Below, one piece after another: positions 46,583 through 60,100 of a stretch of 64,000 nucleotides of DNA. Location: assembly GCA_028534125.1 (NCBI GenBank), contig CM052817.1, positions 3,350,001 to 3,414,000 of the forward strand, given 5' to 3'. A program made the translations under genes and the position numbers. The stretch is from Lama glama. Its lineage: Eukaryota. How positions within the stretch are numbered: position 1 is the first letter of the stretch; each line of letters begins with the position of its first letter. Below the pieces are notes generated by a model, which had not been told where the DNA came from, made no database searches, and saw nothing but the letters and a program-made list of their open reading frames with translations.

Positions 46583-48034
46583 GAGGGGGATAACAATCTA
46601 TATTCATTTCCGCTTGAAGACGTGTGATGGCACAGTGGAGGGGAATATAAAAACCTTTTTAGTGTGGTGCCCTTTGTAGGGAGCGGGGTGGCAGGAGGGA
46701 GGGGGAGGTCTTCCCTGGACACCTCTCACTACCTGCAACTCTTTGAACCACCGGCTTTATCAGCCATTCCACCTCCAGCATCAGGGGCGTGTGTGCACAT
46801 GTGTGTCACTGTGGGCCCCGGGGCCACTCCAGGGTGTGTCACCTCCAGTGAAGGATGCCCTCATGTCTGGCCACGGTCCTCCCTCCCACCCTCAAAACAT
46901 GAGACAGGTGCTCATTTTCATGCCAGTGGGGCTGGCATGCGTGGTGGGCAAAGACTAGACCCTGAGGAAAGCATTCAGTTGGTGCTCAATGAATGTCCAC
47001 TTCCTTTCCCCCAGTGAAGGCCACTGAGAAATCCCTTCCTACCTCAGCCGGGCTGCCCGGGCCCTGAAGCAGCTCCCTCGGGGAAGCACCGTCCTTCTCA
47101 TGTCCCAGATTAGAAGCTGAGGTGGGAGGGGACAGTGGCCACCCCAAAGGCGCACTCGAGAGACAGCAGAGCTGGAGGTTTGAGGCCAAGACCGTGGATC
47201 TTTCTAGAAGAGCACCCTGTGGAGCCCTCCCCAGCCTGAGCAAGAGAGGAGGGGACTTCCTGCTGACCCACAAGCCAGATGGACCGGCCGATGCCCCAGG
47301 CCCCCAGGAAGGCCCCTGGGCTCGGCGCTGGGTGCCTCCACCCGGGATGAATCCCTCACAGGGAAGTCGGATTCCTCTCCATTTAAGAGAAACCGACTCT
47401 GCGTTTATTCACCAGAGGGAGGGATCCTGCTAAGACCACGGAGGGGAGAGAGAGGGAGCCCGTTAGGCTCAGAAGGCCACGTGGCGGGTGCTGCTTCTCC
47501 AAGGTCCGGCTCGGTCAATCCCACCAACGCGCTGCAGACACCCAGGGCTGCCGGCTCAGGCCACCGGCCGGCGCTGACTCACTGCTGCCACCCCACCACC
47601 ACCACTCTGTGAAGCCCTCCCTGATGCTCCAGGCTGGCGGAATCCCACATGCCCCGGGAGCCTCCCTGGAGGTTCTCACGCCCACGTGGACCAAGGAAGT
47701 ACTTGTCAAAGCTGTTGGCCTTCCGTCCACAGGGCAGACTCCCCGGGTGCCCGCAGCTGCCAGCTCTCCCTCCTGAGGCAGTGCCCCAGCCCCTGGCTCC
47801 AGGCGACTCCGCAGAGCCTGGAGGACTTCACAGGGGGAGGACCACGTTCCCGGAGCCCGAAGGGTCAGGTCTGAACCCTGTCTCCACAGCGTCTGAGCCG
47901 TGTTCTCCCGGCCTCACCTCTTGGAGCCTCAAGTTCCTCACCTGTGACACGGGAGCGATGCTGCCGGCTTCCAGAGCTGGAGCGAAGATGCAGTGAGTCT
48001 GGAGGGGCGCAGTGAGCACAGCGGTGCTCAGGCT

Positions 48035-48167
48035 CTGGGCTAGGGGTAGGGCGAGGCTCGTGGGCAGGGCCAGGGGGAGGGTCTGGGATTAGAGTTAGTG
48101 TGAGGGTTAGGGTGGAGATTAGGCTTGGGGGTAGGGTTGGGTTTAAGGTTCGGGTACAAATAGGGTT
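48035..48167 (+). repeat. Degenerate hexamer repeat resembling (TTAGGG)n
   Basis: ctaggg gtaggg cgaggc ... ttagag ttagtg tgaggg ttaggg tggaga ttaggc ttgggg gtaggg ttgggt ttaagg ttcggg. Confidence 0.65.
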
Positions 48168-49959
48168 GCAGTAAGAGCCAGATGCAGGTTGGGGCTGGGC
48201 AGGAGTCGGCATGTGCTGTCTCCAGGAAGTACTGTTTTGAATCTCCTGGTCTGGCCAGAGCTTGTTTAGTGTGAGAAACATCGTGTGTAGATGAGGTGTA
48301 GGTGAGATGCTACTGTGTACACTGAAATACTCTGAGAAGTTTGTAAATCAACCCGTCAGCGGTCAGACCTACCTACTCACCACCATAGGCACATCTGGCC
48401 ACCTCTGGGCCCATTCTTCTGCCTCCCCTGGCACAGACCCCTGTACCTCTCCACCTACAGGACCAGCATAGCTGCCACCTCCTCCAGGAGGCCCTCCAGG
48501 ATGTCTCCAGACTAGGTTGCTGGCTTTTGATGATACCCACTTTTCCCTCAGCAGGCATGGTCTTTGGGGGCTGGGCCCCATCCCCTCACCACCTGCTCTG
48601 CCCTGAATCCCAGCACTAGGGTGAGGCCCACTGCAGGGAAAGGTGCACCGCTGTGGAGCCGGCCCAGCCTGCACGTGAACCCTCATTGCTATGTGATGTC
48701 CCTCTCACCCTAGCATCACTTCCTCGTCTGCAACACTGGAGGACAACGGCCACACGTCTCCGAGCAGCTGAGCTGATGAAGTGTGATCACATTAGCAGAG
48801 GGCCTGGCACGCTGCCTGTCTCAACCAAGGAGGGCTGGACAAATGACCGTCCCTTCCCTCCTCAACAACTAGGGTGAGACAGAGGCCAGCCGCCCTCGAT
48901 GATGCCATGCCTCGGGCTGAGTCACCGGCCCCAAATAGGGTCCCTTTCTTCCCACAAAGCTGTGACCTCATCTGGCCATTCTGTCCTGGCTGCCAGGGCC
49001 CCGGCGGTGGCCCAGCTAGAGGAGCGGAAGTCGGAGCCGCCCAGCAAGCCCACCTCGCTCCATCTCGCTGGGGTGACCGTGCAGCCTCCCCCGCCAACCC
49101 CCACGCTTAGGAAAGGCGAGAGCGACAGGCCACCACTTCCAGGAGCAGGGGAGGCTCTGGGAAGAAAAGACAGCTCTCTGCACATGCAGAAGGCAGAAGA
49201 CCCTTCAGAGAGTCCCTCGTTTCAGAAGCTTTTGCCGACACAACGAGGCAGTCTGAGGACAGCACGGCATGTGGGGGGTTGAGGAGGGCAGAGGAGGGTT
49301 TGTGAAAAGGGTCTGGGGTGGGAGGGCACGCATTCCTCTCCCTTCCAGGAGGAATGACATGGGTGCACAGAAAGGATGTTGGCCAAACAAGGCAGACAGG
49401 GCAGCATGGATCTGAGCACACACGCCCATCAGAACAGCAGCAACGGCGGGCTCCCTCCGCATGATGGGAAGGCCCTGCCTAGGCGTCCCCAGGACGTGGG
49501 GGCCACACACGGGCCGGGATGTAAGAGAAAAAGGCATTGGAGGCAAGAAAAAGAACAACTCACCGGAGCCGTGGACTTGAACCCGTGACCCCGCCCACTA
49601 GTGGCCACGACCCCTTGTCCCTGGGAGAGACAGTAAGATGCAGGCTCCCCCAAAGCAGGGTCCTCGGGGGCTCTCCTGGCCCCTGTGGTGTCCATGCTGG
49701 CGGGACGCTCGTCACCCAGAGCAGCGGAAGTGCCGTCATACGCAGAGGCACGCGTGGCCCCTAAAGTCCCCTAACCCCATTTCCTTACGCAGCTGCCCAG
49801 CCTCCCGGGGAGGCAGGTGTGGCTTTGAGACCAACGTCCGGCCCACAGAGTCCACAGCACATGGGCAGCAGCCGTGTGCATCCCCTGCGTGCCCGAGCCG
49901 AGAAAATCTCCTCTTTATCCTCACTGTTCATTGAAATAATATTGATTTACTCTGTCCTG

Positions 49960-50070
49960 GGCCCTGTGCTAAGCACTTGACAGACGTTATCTGATTTAAT
50001 CCTCCTCATAGCCCTGGTGGCTGGGAACCACTTTGTCCCCATTTTGCAGGTGTGGAAGTTGAGGCACACG
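49960..50070 (-). mobile_element. MIR
   Basis: ctgtgctaagcactt...ttatctgatttaatcctc...ccccattttgcaggtgtggaagttgaggcac. Confidence 0.75.
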
Positions 50071-50990
50071 GAGCAGGGGTCTGCTTGCCCCAAGCCCAGT
50101 ACTGTGATTCCACAATGTGGCCCCAAGGCCCCCAGGGGACTGGCTGGGAAAAAGGAGGCCCTTCACCCCGGGCATCCCTCTGTGACCAAACGCCCATCCC
50201 CAGCTTTGGCCTCGGAGGTGCCCAATCCAATGGGTGCAGAGCTGCCCCCTCGCAGTGAACGTCCGGGGCTCACGGCCCCCAGTGCTGCCCAAGGGCGACG
50301 CTCTCCCTGGCTCAGTGCTGTATGCTCCGTGCTGACAGGCTCTCCCCGGCCTTGGTGGGTCGGGCCAGGAGCCAGGCTGGGCTGGGGGCCGCCAGGGTGG
50401 CCGCAGCATCCCTCCCGCCCCAGCTCGCCATGACCCAGCCAGGTCCCCAGTAGACACTCGCCCCACGGGCTTTGCATTGGATGTTTTACAGTTCCAGTCT
50501 CGCCACTCCTCTGAAAGCCCTCGTCCAAACAAAAAGCTACATGAAGGTTGATTTATTCCCAAGGCCTCAAAACGATTGCACAGACTGACTCCAGGAGCAT
50601 CCAAAGCCCGGTCTCCAGCCTCGCCTTTGTGTCAGCACGTGGCAGGTGTTGGGGAATGAATGAGAGGACGAATGAACTAGTGCCGGCCAGGCAGAGAGGA
50701 CGTGCCAATCAGGCAGGACCTGCCAATCAGGGAGGACCCGCCCACCTTGAACAAGCACCACCCCTTCACACCTGGCCTGCACCTTTATCCCACTCTTCCT
50801 GGCTCGGCCTTCAGCTTCCTGTTCCTGTAACATCCCTGGCCTCTCCCGTCCTCCTCCCCTCACCGGGCAGGCACACCCCCGCTCCTCCTAGGGACGCCCC
50901 GCAGGCGTGTCCGTCTGGAAAGACTTCTGGAGCCCTCTGCCCACCTCCAGTGAAGGCTGGGGCCCCCGCTGGGCCCCGACAGACCCTGGG

Positions 50991-51429
50991 TGTGATGGAC
51001 TGAATGCCGCCCCCAAAGTATGTCCACCTGGAGCCTGTGCATGTGATCGTTTTGGGGAAAAGGGCCTTTGAGGATGTAACTGAAGATCGAGATGAGATCT
51101 TCCTGGATTACGTGAGGGCCTGAAACCCCGTGACAAGTGTCCTTATGAAGAAAAGGAGAGCTGACTCAGGGAGAAGGCCACGGGAAGGTGGAGGCAGAGA
51201 TCAGGGTAACACGTCTACCAGCCAAGGAACCCCAGAGATGGCTGGCACACCCCCCCTAGAGCTGGAAAGGGGCCTGGAACAGAGCCTCCCCCTCAGCCTC
51301 AGAGGGAACTAGCCCGGCCGACCCTGCGATCTTGGACGTCTGGCCCCCGGCACGGGGAGAGAATACATTCCGGTTGTCTAACCACTCAGTGTGCAGTCAT
51401 CTGTACGGTGGCCCTAGGACACTGACACA
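50991..51429 (+). mobile_element. MLT1 (MLT1C-like) full-length solo LTR
   Basis: TGTGATGGACTGAATG start...gtgacaagtgtccttatgaagaaaag...agccaaggaac...ctggaacagagcctcccc...gccctaggacactgACACA end. Confidence 0.85.
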
Positions 51430-54400
51430 GGCACAGGCATTTTCCAGATGAGGCCACTGAGGCTCAGCTTGTTGGAGGTGACAGCTGGGAACAGGCAGGG
51501 CTGGGGTCTCCACCGGGGGCTGCCTGACTCCACAGTTAGGTACTCGTCCCACCGCCCAGGCGCCCCTTCAGAGGGGCCTCAGCCAGGAGGAGGAATTGGG
51601 AGGCTCCACACAGCAGCTCAGCCCCCAGGGGTCCCTACTCACCCCCTCCCCAGGGTCCCCCTGGGTTAATGACAGGTTACCCACTGTGGGTGGTGCCTGA
51701 CCAGAGAGCTAGTGCGAGAAAGCCCGGCGCCCCCACCAGCCAGCCGCCCTTCACAGGCATGAAGCCCAGTGTCCCGAAGAGAAGAGAGCTGAGAACCAAG
51801 TTTGAAAGGACCCCTATAAATCAAAATCAGTCGGCAGGAAATAAATGTAGGAACATTACCGATCTATGGAAAACGGCATTCTTACATCAAATCTGTTTAA
51901 GAGATAATGTGAATTTTAATAGGTGGGTCCTGGTAGACTTCTCCACCTCGGCTATCGTTTAAAAATATTGTTTACTCTCCATTTCTCATGACCTGACATG
52001 ACTGAATTTTAATTTCACTCTTCACTCCTTTTTAATAATCACTGTAAGTAAAAATTTTAATGAAATTGTGGGATTTTTTTTTCTTTTAGCCTTTGCTGTT
52101 CAAAACAATGCTTGTGTGTCTACCTGGAAGAGCTGGTGTTTTTCAGACCTGTTTATGGTAATAAAAGGTAATTGGATAAGCTGTGATGCTGCTGGGCCAC
52201 ACTTCTCAAGACATAAAACGTGCCCTGGGGTGGCTCCTGGAGGTGGGGGGACGTTGCTGATCCTGTTTTTGAAACAAAAATGCCTCCCCAGGCTTCAGTG
52301 CCCACCCCCCACCAGTTCCCAGTCAGAAAAGCACGTGTTCACTCCTTCCAGGAATTTCTCTTTGGAAGCAATGCTGTCACATCAGAACAGGGGAGCCGGG
52401 AGCAAAGGGAAAGCAGGTGGTGAAAGAGAGAGCCTTTGGCTGCATCCGACAGGGAAGGCCCAGATTCCGGCCACAGCAGCCCCTAAACAAGGTCGCTTGG
52501 CCTTACAGAGTCCAGGCAGGCCGGTCGCCCACCAAGGCCCGTCCCTCAGAATTGCCAGGAAGGAAGGGGGCTGGTGGATCAGATACCAGCTTGGGAGGAA
52601 GCCACCAGGGACCATCTGAGCTGTGTGAAGACTAATTTATCTTCTGAGAAGGCCGGGGGGAGGGACCATTCTGTCCCTGTTCCTGGAATCCACTTCTCTT
52701 AGCCATCTGGGGTCCAAAATGACCTCGGGGGGCCTGAGGCACTGGGCCCTCGTGGGCCACTTCCTCCATAAAAACATATTAACAATTCCATTTTACAGCT
52801 GCAGTGGTATAAAGAAGAATATATTCATATTATATATCAAAACATTTCCCTGACTTAAAAATTTATTTCTCATCTTCTGAATTTAAAGGAAATTAAAACA
52901 TTCCTGTGGGTCTTTAAATGTCTCTGGCACAGAGCCCTATGTCTGCAGGAGACTCCCACCTGCCCACCAGAGCCCAGCCCCCTCCCTCCTCCCTCCCTGG
53001 ACCCCTGGGCAGCACCCCAGCCCACTCTCCAGACCTGCAGTCTGACCCCCCGCAGTGACTGCACACTGGGTCCCAAGTGCAAACGGTCAGTGACACCTGC
53101 CCTCTCACCTAAAGGACAGTGACTCTGACATCTCCTCCGGAGGGGACCCCTGTTAAAGAGCTCAGGACAGCTATAAACACCCAGGCACATGGGCACAGTT
53201 TTCCACCCTATTTCAGGATCTACAGACCAGTCTGAGACCCAGTCAGTCTACAGGACCAATAAGCCCTTTCCAGTTGCCCGGCAGGGTGGGCAGGAGATCA
53301 GTGTCAAGCTCCTCTCGTGGCCTTGACCAGTCTCGGGGCCCTATCCGAGGGGCCTGGTCTCTGCCTCACTGGGCCAACAGATGTGGGCGCAGCCTGGAGA
53401 TGTCACTAGGGAACTCACTTCACAACCAGTGATGCTACATGAACGCAAATGAGGACGGTGAGGCCCCACTCCCAGGCGCGGGCACCCCTTCCTCCCCCCA
53501 GTCTCCCACTGCCTGGACCCCTCCCTGGCAGACAAGGTCTGCGGGACCAAGACCCCCATCACTCCTGCACTCAGCTCCAGGCATCAGCTTTGCCCTGCTT
53601 TGGGGCCTGGCTCACCCTACTCCTTGCCCTAAAATGCTTCTTCCAACCCACGTGACGCCACCCACCCTTCAGGGTCCTCCGAGGCCTCGGGGCCTCTCCT
53701 GTCTCAGGCTTTCCCGGTGATGCCGAGTCTTGTGACCTGCGTCACTTTCTCCCTCGCATCCTACCCTCATTCCCCAGCCTGCTTCCTCCCCCCCGGTGGG
53801 CTTGGTGCCCACAGCTCTGGCATTGGGAGGGACCGGTGCCGTGAAGGCGGTCTGTTCCTCGTCGTCACTGCTGACTGCTTGGCATCCTGCCTCCTCCGAC
53901 AGGTCACCGCGGCGGCCGTCCCTCCTGGGAAACTGGGACCAAAGGCTTGCCCATCCTGCCGCCCCGGCGCTTGGCACACAGTAGGTCCTCCAGCTGCAGG
54001 CGGCTGCAGGCCAGAGCTGGTGCTGCCGCGGCAGAAGAGGGCGGGGGATGACCCTGTGCCGCCCATCAGGACGTCTCGGGAGGCTTAGAGCTACGGGTGT
54101 CCCCTGTACTGGGGCACGCTTTCAAAGATGGTTTAAATCATGCTTTGCCTAAGAAAGGGTGGGGGCAGCTGGAGGCTGGCTTCCTTTTGCATCCAGACCC
54201 CTCTCACTCACCCACCCTTCGCCAGGGATGCCACGCTTATGGGGGAATCAGCCTTCACCAGGGAGGAGGACGAGGAAGATGGCTGTGGGCAAGTGGGCTT
54301 TCTGCTAAAAGGGGATCTTTTAGGTGCAGCTGCTGTGGGGAGGCCTTTGGCATCCTCCGTGGAGAGGCTGCCCCTAACGCCCGATGGCCTTGAGCATCGC

Positions 54401-57138
54401 CTACTCCCTCGGGGCTCACATCCCGGCCCTGGGCTCCGTGTCTCTCTCAGAGTCCCTGTGCCGAACACTCTCTCAGCTGGGCCTCAGGTCAAGGTGGCCA
54501 CCCTGTCCCATCCAAACAGGGCCAGGAATCCCCATCAGCATCAGGCAGCCACGCGCGCGGTTCAAGAAACCCACATCTGACCATTCAGGGGCCACGTGCA
54601 ACAGCAGTACCGGAACCGCCCGCCCGGAGGCACCTTAGTAAGTTGTCTTAAACCACCCCACTTCCGTTTCTTCATCAGGAAACTTTCACACCACTTCCAT
54701 AAACAGAAAAGTGAGCATGGCTGACGTGGAGGTCAGCGGACGGCAACTGCAGCGCGAACAACGCAAACGATGCGTCCCCTCCTTCTGCGTGTGGTTTACC
54801 CACGATAAGCCAGGACCCTGGGCCTGCCCTCGCTTCAGCTGTCAGGGGCGTGCTCGCCAGAAGCCAAGCCGCTCCCCTACAATCAGGATGGGGAAGAGAA
54901 AGAGGCCTGCCATCCCCTTTCAGGCCCCAGGGTCACTCGGCACACCTGTCCTCGTCCCTCCTCGGCAGCAGAAGTTCCACACTTTGGAAGACACCCAGCT
55001 TCTCCAAGCGCAGAATCCCTGCCCCACTCAGCACGCTCGCCACAGCCCCGGGGAGCTCACTACCTCACCAGTGCGACTCCAGCAGGACAGGAAACGCCAG
55101 TGAGACTGCTGACGGGCCTCAGCAGCTTCAGCTTCTGTAAAACCAGACTGACAACAAAAGCCCACCCTCTGTGAGTGCTCTTTCTGTGAAGCCAAAAAGC
55201 TGGGGAGCTCACAGGCGAGATTCGTATTCGTGGGCAATGACTCTCTTCAAATGGAGCCGGGCTTGCGTGGAGGCTCAGGTTAAGCCCCAAATCCCCGGCT
55301 GGTGTTGAGCACATCTTTGAGACCAGTGACCCTGGCCTCGTCGGCCCTTATCTGGCACCCGAGAACTCATAGCCGGGGCGGCCTCTGGGAGACTGTGCCC
55401 CTTGGAAGGAGATTCTCCTGGTGACGTCGCCAGAAACTGCTTCCCTGGGCAGTCCTGGACGCTCACACTTTGGAAGTAGCTGCTGCTGAGAAACCTTCGG
55501 GGGCCTGGGACTGGCAACGTCCCACATCTCCAATCCTGTCCCCAGCCGGGCTCTGGGCAGCTGGAGGGGGAAAGGTTGCCAGCAGACTGGGGAGGGGGAA
55601 CGGGCCCAGGAAGAGGCAAATCATCACAGTCGTGCTTTGAACGTCTGAGACTAAGTATTTTAAGAAAAGCATTTTTAAAATAACATTTGGTGGTTTCTAA
55701 AAAGCAAATTTCTCCAGCTGTCTTCACCATGTTTTCTAAGCATGCCACAGCCTAAATGAATGTAGGACATTCACAGAGGTCTTAGTATAAATCCTGCAAA
55801 CAAAGTGACATCTTTCTAGTGAGTCCCCTGCCTCTGCTTAGAAGAGTCCACAAATCGTCAGGGTCTACAAGTTCTGTCCCGCTCTAGCTACGAGTCTCCG
55901 CAAGTTGCCCATCTCTCGAGCCTCCGGCATCCCATCTGTAAAATGGGACTCCGGTAATTTCCGCATACCTGCTGTGAGAAGACTGTTTAGTGGGGAGGCT
56001 AATACCCTGTAACTCTCATCTGCGGATGAAGCCTCACTGCGGATGTATGTCTCTATAGCTGCAGCTTCCCAGCCAAGCTGCCTTTTAGCTTGCACACCTT
56101 GTAGGATGGGGAGCTCCCCACCTCCCAAAGGCCCCCTCGTCTTTAGCTGAACTTGTCTCCCATAGGTCCCAGCTCTGCCTCATGGGCCCACACAGGCTGC
56201 ATCTGCTCCCAGAGTCACCCTAGAGGCACTCAACAGCCGTCCTGTCCTCCCTCTTCCCTGCCCAGGACTCAAGTTGTCCAGCTCCCACGAACTCACTGCA
56301 AACCAACAAACTAGGGGCAACTCACAGACTGCATGTGATTTCTCAGAGAGTCCTTATTTTCAAAGCAAGTCCACGTGGAGAGCTGGTCCATTCTCCAATC
56401 TGCCTCCCTCCAACCTGGCAGCCTCAGCCACCCTCCCAGGCACAGGGACCCAGGGCAACAGACTTCCACAATGACTGCACACTCCTGCTTTAAATGTGAG
56501 CGACCTACTGATCACACCAGATCAGACAAAGACGGTCTATGTATGATACTGGGAAATTGAGAGGGATCAGATAAGAGGCTCTCTTTTGCTGACTGTCTCA
56601 GCCAAGATCAATTATAAATGCCAAGCATCCATCTGCATCCATGATGGACAGTAGGGCCAGAAAAGAAACGTGACCTTTCCTCTCAATGAGACGGTCACAG
56701 AATGGGCCTAAGCTTGGGTGGGACAGACCCGGGTTAATTCTTAGCTGTCCGGGATCGTTTGGGTAGGGAGTGGGCCTGGAGAGGGTGGTGGAGACTGGGA
56801 GTAACCCAGGGACACCATGTTCAAAGCCTGGCACATGGAGTTCTCTGAGGAGTGGGGAAGGGAAGGCGCCCCCCATAGGTGCTTTAAGTTACCTCAATGG
56901 ACCCCCCAATAATAAACATCAGCCAGCAGAGAAGCAATCAAATCAATTCCAACAGAGGTGTTAGTTTCCTTCAAGGTCATTTTCATCAACCAAATTGGTT
57001 TCATTTTCATGGCCAAGAAGAGCCACCAGCTTCCCACACTTGTATTTAATATAAATATACCTGTAATAAATAAACATGAGCCTGCTTCTCTAAAAATTTC
57101 AGGTCAGTCTAAGGAATTTTAGCTAAAAGCAGAGGGAA

Positions 57139-57181
57139 ATATATATATACACATATGTGTGTGTGTGTATGTGTGTGTGTA
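57139..57181. repeat. (TA)n/(TG)n compound microsatellite
   Basis: atatatatatacacatatgtgtgtgtgtgtatgtgtgtgtgt. Confidence 0.9.
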
Positions 57182-60100
57182 TCCTTCACCGTGGAAATGC
57201 ATATATTGGCAACCTGTTTGGAGAGGGGAAGATGGCGGAAGGGTTGGGTTCTATTTTTGAAATCTCATTTACAAGCGCTCCCCAGGGTGGAGTCACTGTG
57301 TCTTCCTCCTAAGGGTGAGGATGGGAACATCTGGCAGGATTGTCCCTTATGTCCACGAGACAGGATGCTGCCATCACAGGGGTGACTTGTTACAGAACAG
57401 ACCTGTCAAATCAGGCTCCACACGTAAACTTCCTGAGCTGATTTAGTTAAATCGCCAGCTTGGCATTTCATCGCCAGCTGTGTCGGAGGGCGTTCTACCG
57501 TCCTGGGTGAAGGAGTGCCCTGCCACCATCACACCAGGGCCAAAAGCAGACCCATCTCCATCAACTTGACAAAGACAAAAACTTGAATTAAGAGCCCTGG
57601 CTAAAATTAACAGTGATTGAAAGTTAATGACGGGGCAAATTTGGCAGAACGATTTCAACGTGCGTCAAGATGCGGTCTCGGCTGTCAGATGGGAAACTGA
57701 AGTGCTAAATGTCAGTGGAGATCCAGCTGAGACCACGGCCACGTGGCTTTGTGAGTGCCTTCCTTCCACGAGGTTCAGACCGTTGGCAGAAGGTCTGATC
57801 TGCCAGCCCATCACTGTCTCCAGCTTTGGGGCTGGACTAACACGTCTGCTTGTCAGCATTCAAAGCTGTATCCGTGTGTCATCTCGGCACTGTTTACTCT
57901 GAACAGCAAGCAGAAGCAGCAGCTACTGGGTGAATAAACTGTAGCTTAACCGTTTAACTCAATCAGCAAACAAATCACGGGAACAGAGACAAACAGCGAT
58001 CCGAGATAATACGACGCAAAATTATAAAAATTATTTGAAATTCTACGCACAGCAGGTCCTCCCTGCACTTTCACAAGCACACTGAAAATCTGCGTGTCTG
58101 TTTCCTCCACGACACTGCGAACTCTTTGAAGGCAACAACCATGGCCCGTACCCATGTTCCGATGCCAGCCCTGGTGCAGGGCCAGGACCAAGTGGAGGAG
58201 CCGCAAACTCCTGATAAACTAACTGGGAATGTCGCTCCGTGTAACTGTCAAAAACATCATGCCCACATACCTACATACGAACCCACAGAGACGTGGGCAC
58301 AGACACACAGACACGCACAGAAAGCGAACCAGACAGAAGGGTGTCCGAGGGTAAGCGTGCTTGTCAGGGAACTGTTTTCTCTTCCTCACACTTGCAGGTT
58401 TTTCTGTAATGAGCATGCTTTGTATTTACAACCTGGGGGGAAACTCTATGCCCCAAGGGGTCGTGTTTGGTACAGCTGCGCACAGTTACAGAGCTGTGTG
58501 CAGATGGGCATGAGATGGCCAGAGACGCAGACTCAGCTATCCAACTGCGCTCCTACTATGTGCAGAGGACTGCCTCCGATTGCTTTGAATCTTCTCGCAT
58601 TGAATTCTCACAATCACCTGGCTCTTGTGTTTACATCACAAACATTTACCCGGAGATCTCTAAGCTATAAAGCGTTCGCCTAAACTGATCTTCATAACAT
58701 CCCTGTGATGAGGTGCTATTATCCCCAGTTGCAGCTGGTGCTCAGAGAAGTTAAGTAACTGGCACACAGACACCAAGCGACTGATGAGAAAGGGGCTTGA
58801 ATGAGACTAGCGGGCCGGCCAGGTCCACCCGCACAAAATCGGACACGTCTTGCTGCCCCCACCCACCCTGTGGGCTCTCACAGTGTTGCGGCCGTCCCAG
58901 AGCCTCAGTTCCCTCTAACGATTCTTGGGTGGGTGGGTGGTTTAAATGGCAGTGTGGTTGAAATGTGCGATGCTGTGGGCTGCCTTGTTAGTGTTTTTGT
59001 TATGGCTGCTATGCCATTTCCACTAGGCTGGCCCAGGCTGTTCTGGGCAGCCTGGCTGGAACTGAGACGCTCCTCTGTGCAAACCAAGGTGGTGGAGCTT
59101 GGGGTCCCCTCGTGCTCACCACCACTGTTCACCAGAACTGGACCCGATCCCCAAAGGCTGGCCCTGGCAAGCCCTCACATCCAAAATCACACAGCAGTGC
59201 CCCGCCAGTGAAAACATGGGAGTTTTCATGAACTAAGACAGAAGCCCATGGAGCTGGCCTCCATGCTTCCGGAATTTTTCCATTTATCATCTGAATGAGA
59301 CACTGATACAAACACCCAGCACCCTCATGTGATGATTCCACATCCCCACGCTTGACTCAGAGGTAGGAAAAAACACAGACGTACCACCTGAAGCCAAGTT
59401 TCCCGTGAGCAGAGGAGTGAGCTCCTCCCCCCTGGGGACAAGCAAGCAGACGCCTGGACAAGGTGTGCAGGGGGTTCGCGAGAGCCGGAGCTGGACCGGG
59501 CGGCCTCTCAGGCCCTTCCCCCTCCCGTGTGCCAGGACCCACCCCGCACACTGTCGTTCCTCACTGCCACGCCAGGAGCCTGGCGACGGATGGACTTGGT
59601 CTGACATTTCCCTCTGAGGGTCCCTCCCATCCCAATCCGGATTTGGGATCTTTCGGTATGTCTGCAATAAAGCTCCAACCCGAAGATGACGTCCCACCAT
59701 AAGGGGAGCTGGGGTCGGGGTGTGCCGGCTCAAGGCCCTTCCTCCAGTCAGAGACGCGGGCAGGAGCACAGGCCGCTGCAGAGTCAGGGTGACAGCAGAG
59801 ACCCGAGCCTGTGTCCCTGTCAGGGAGGGGACGCAGCACTGCAGGGGCCGCTGCTGAACGTGAACTGCAAAGCGCGGGTTGCTCAGTGATTAGGGACCTT
59901 GGGCCTCAATGGCCACCTAGGCGCCAGCCCTGGCCTCAGCAGGCGCTAGGCCATGCAGGGTCTGAGGTGAACTTGGCCAGGAAGCATGGAGAAAGAAGCA
60001 GAAGACGGGTGGGTCGGGCCACATCACTGGGAACCAGTACCCAGGGCTCTGGGAGGCGTCCTGTTGTTGCAGCCAGTTTCCACTGCAATGGGAGAAATTC

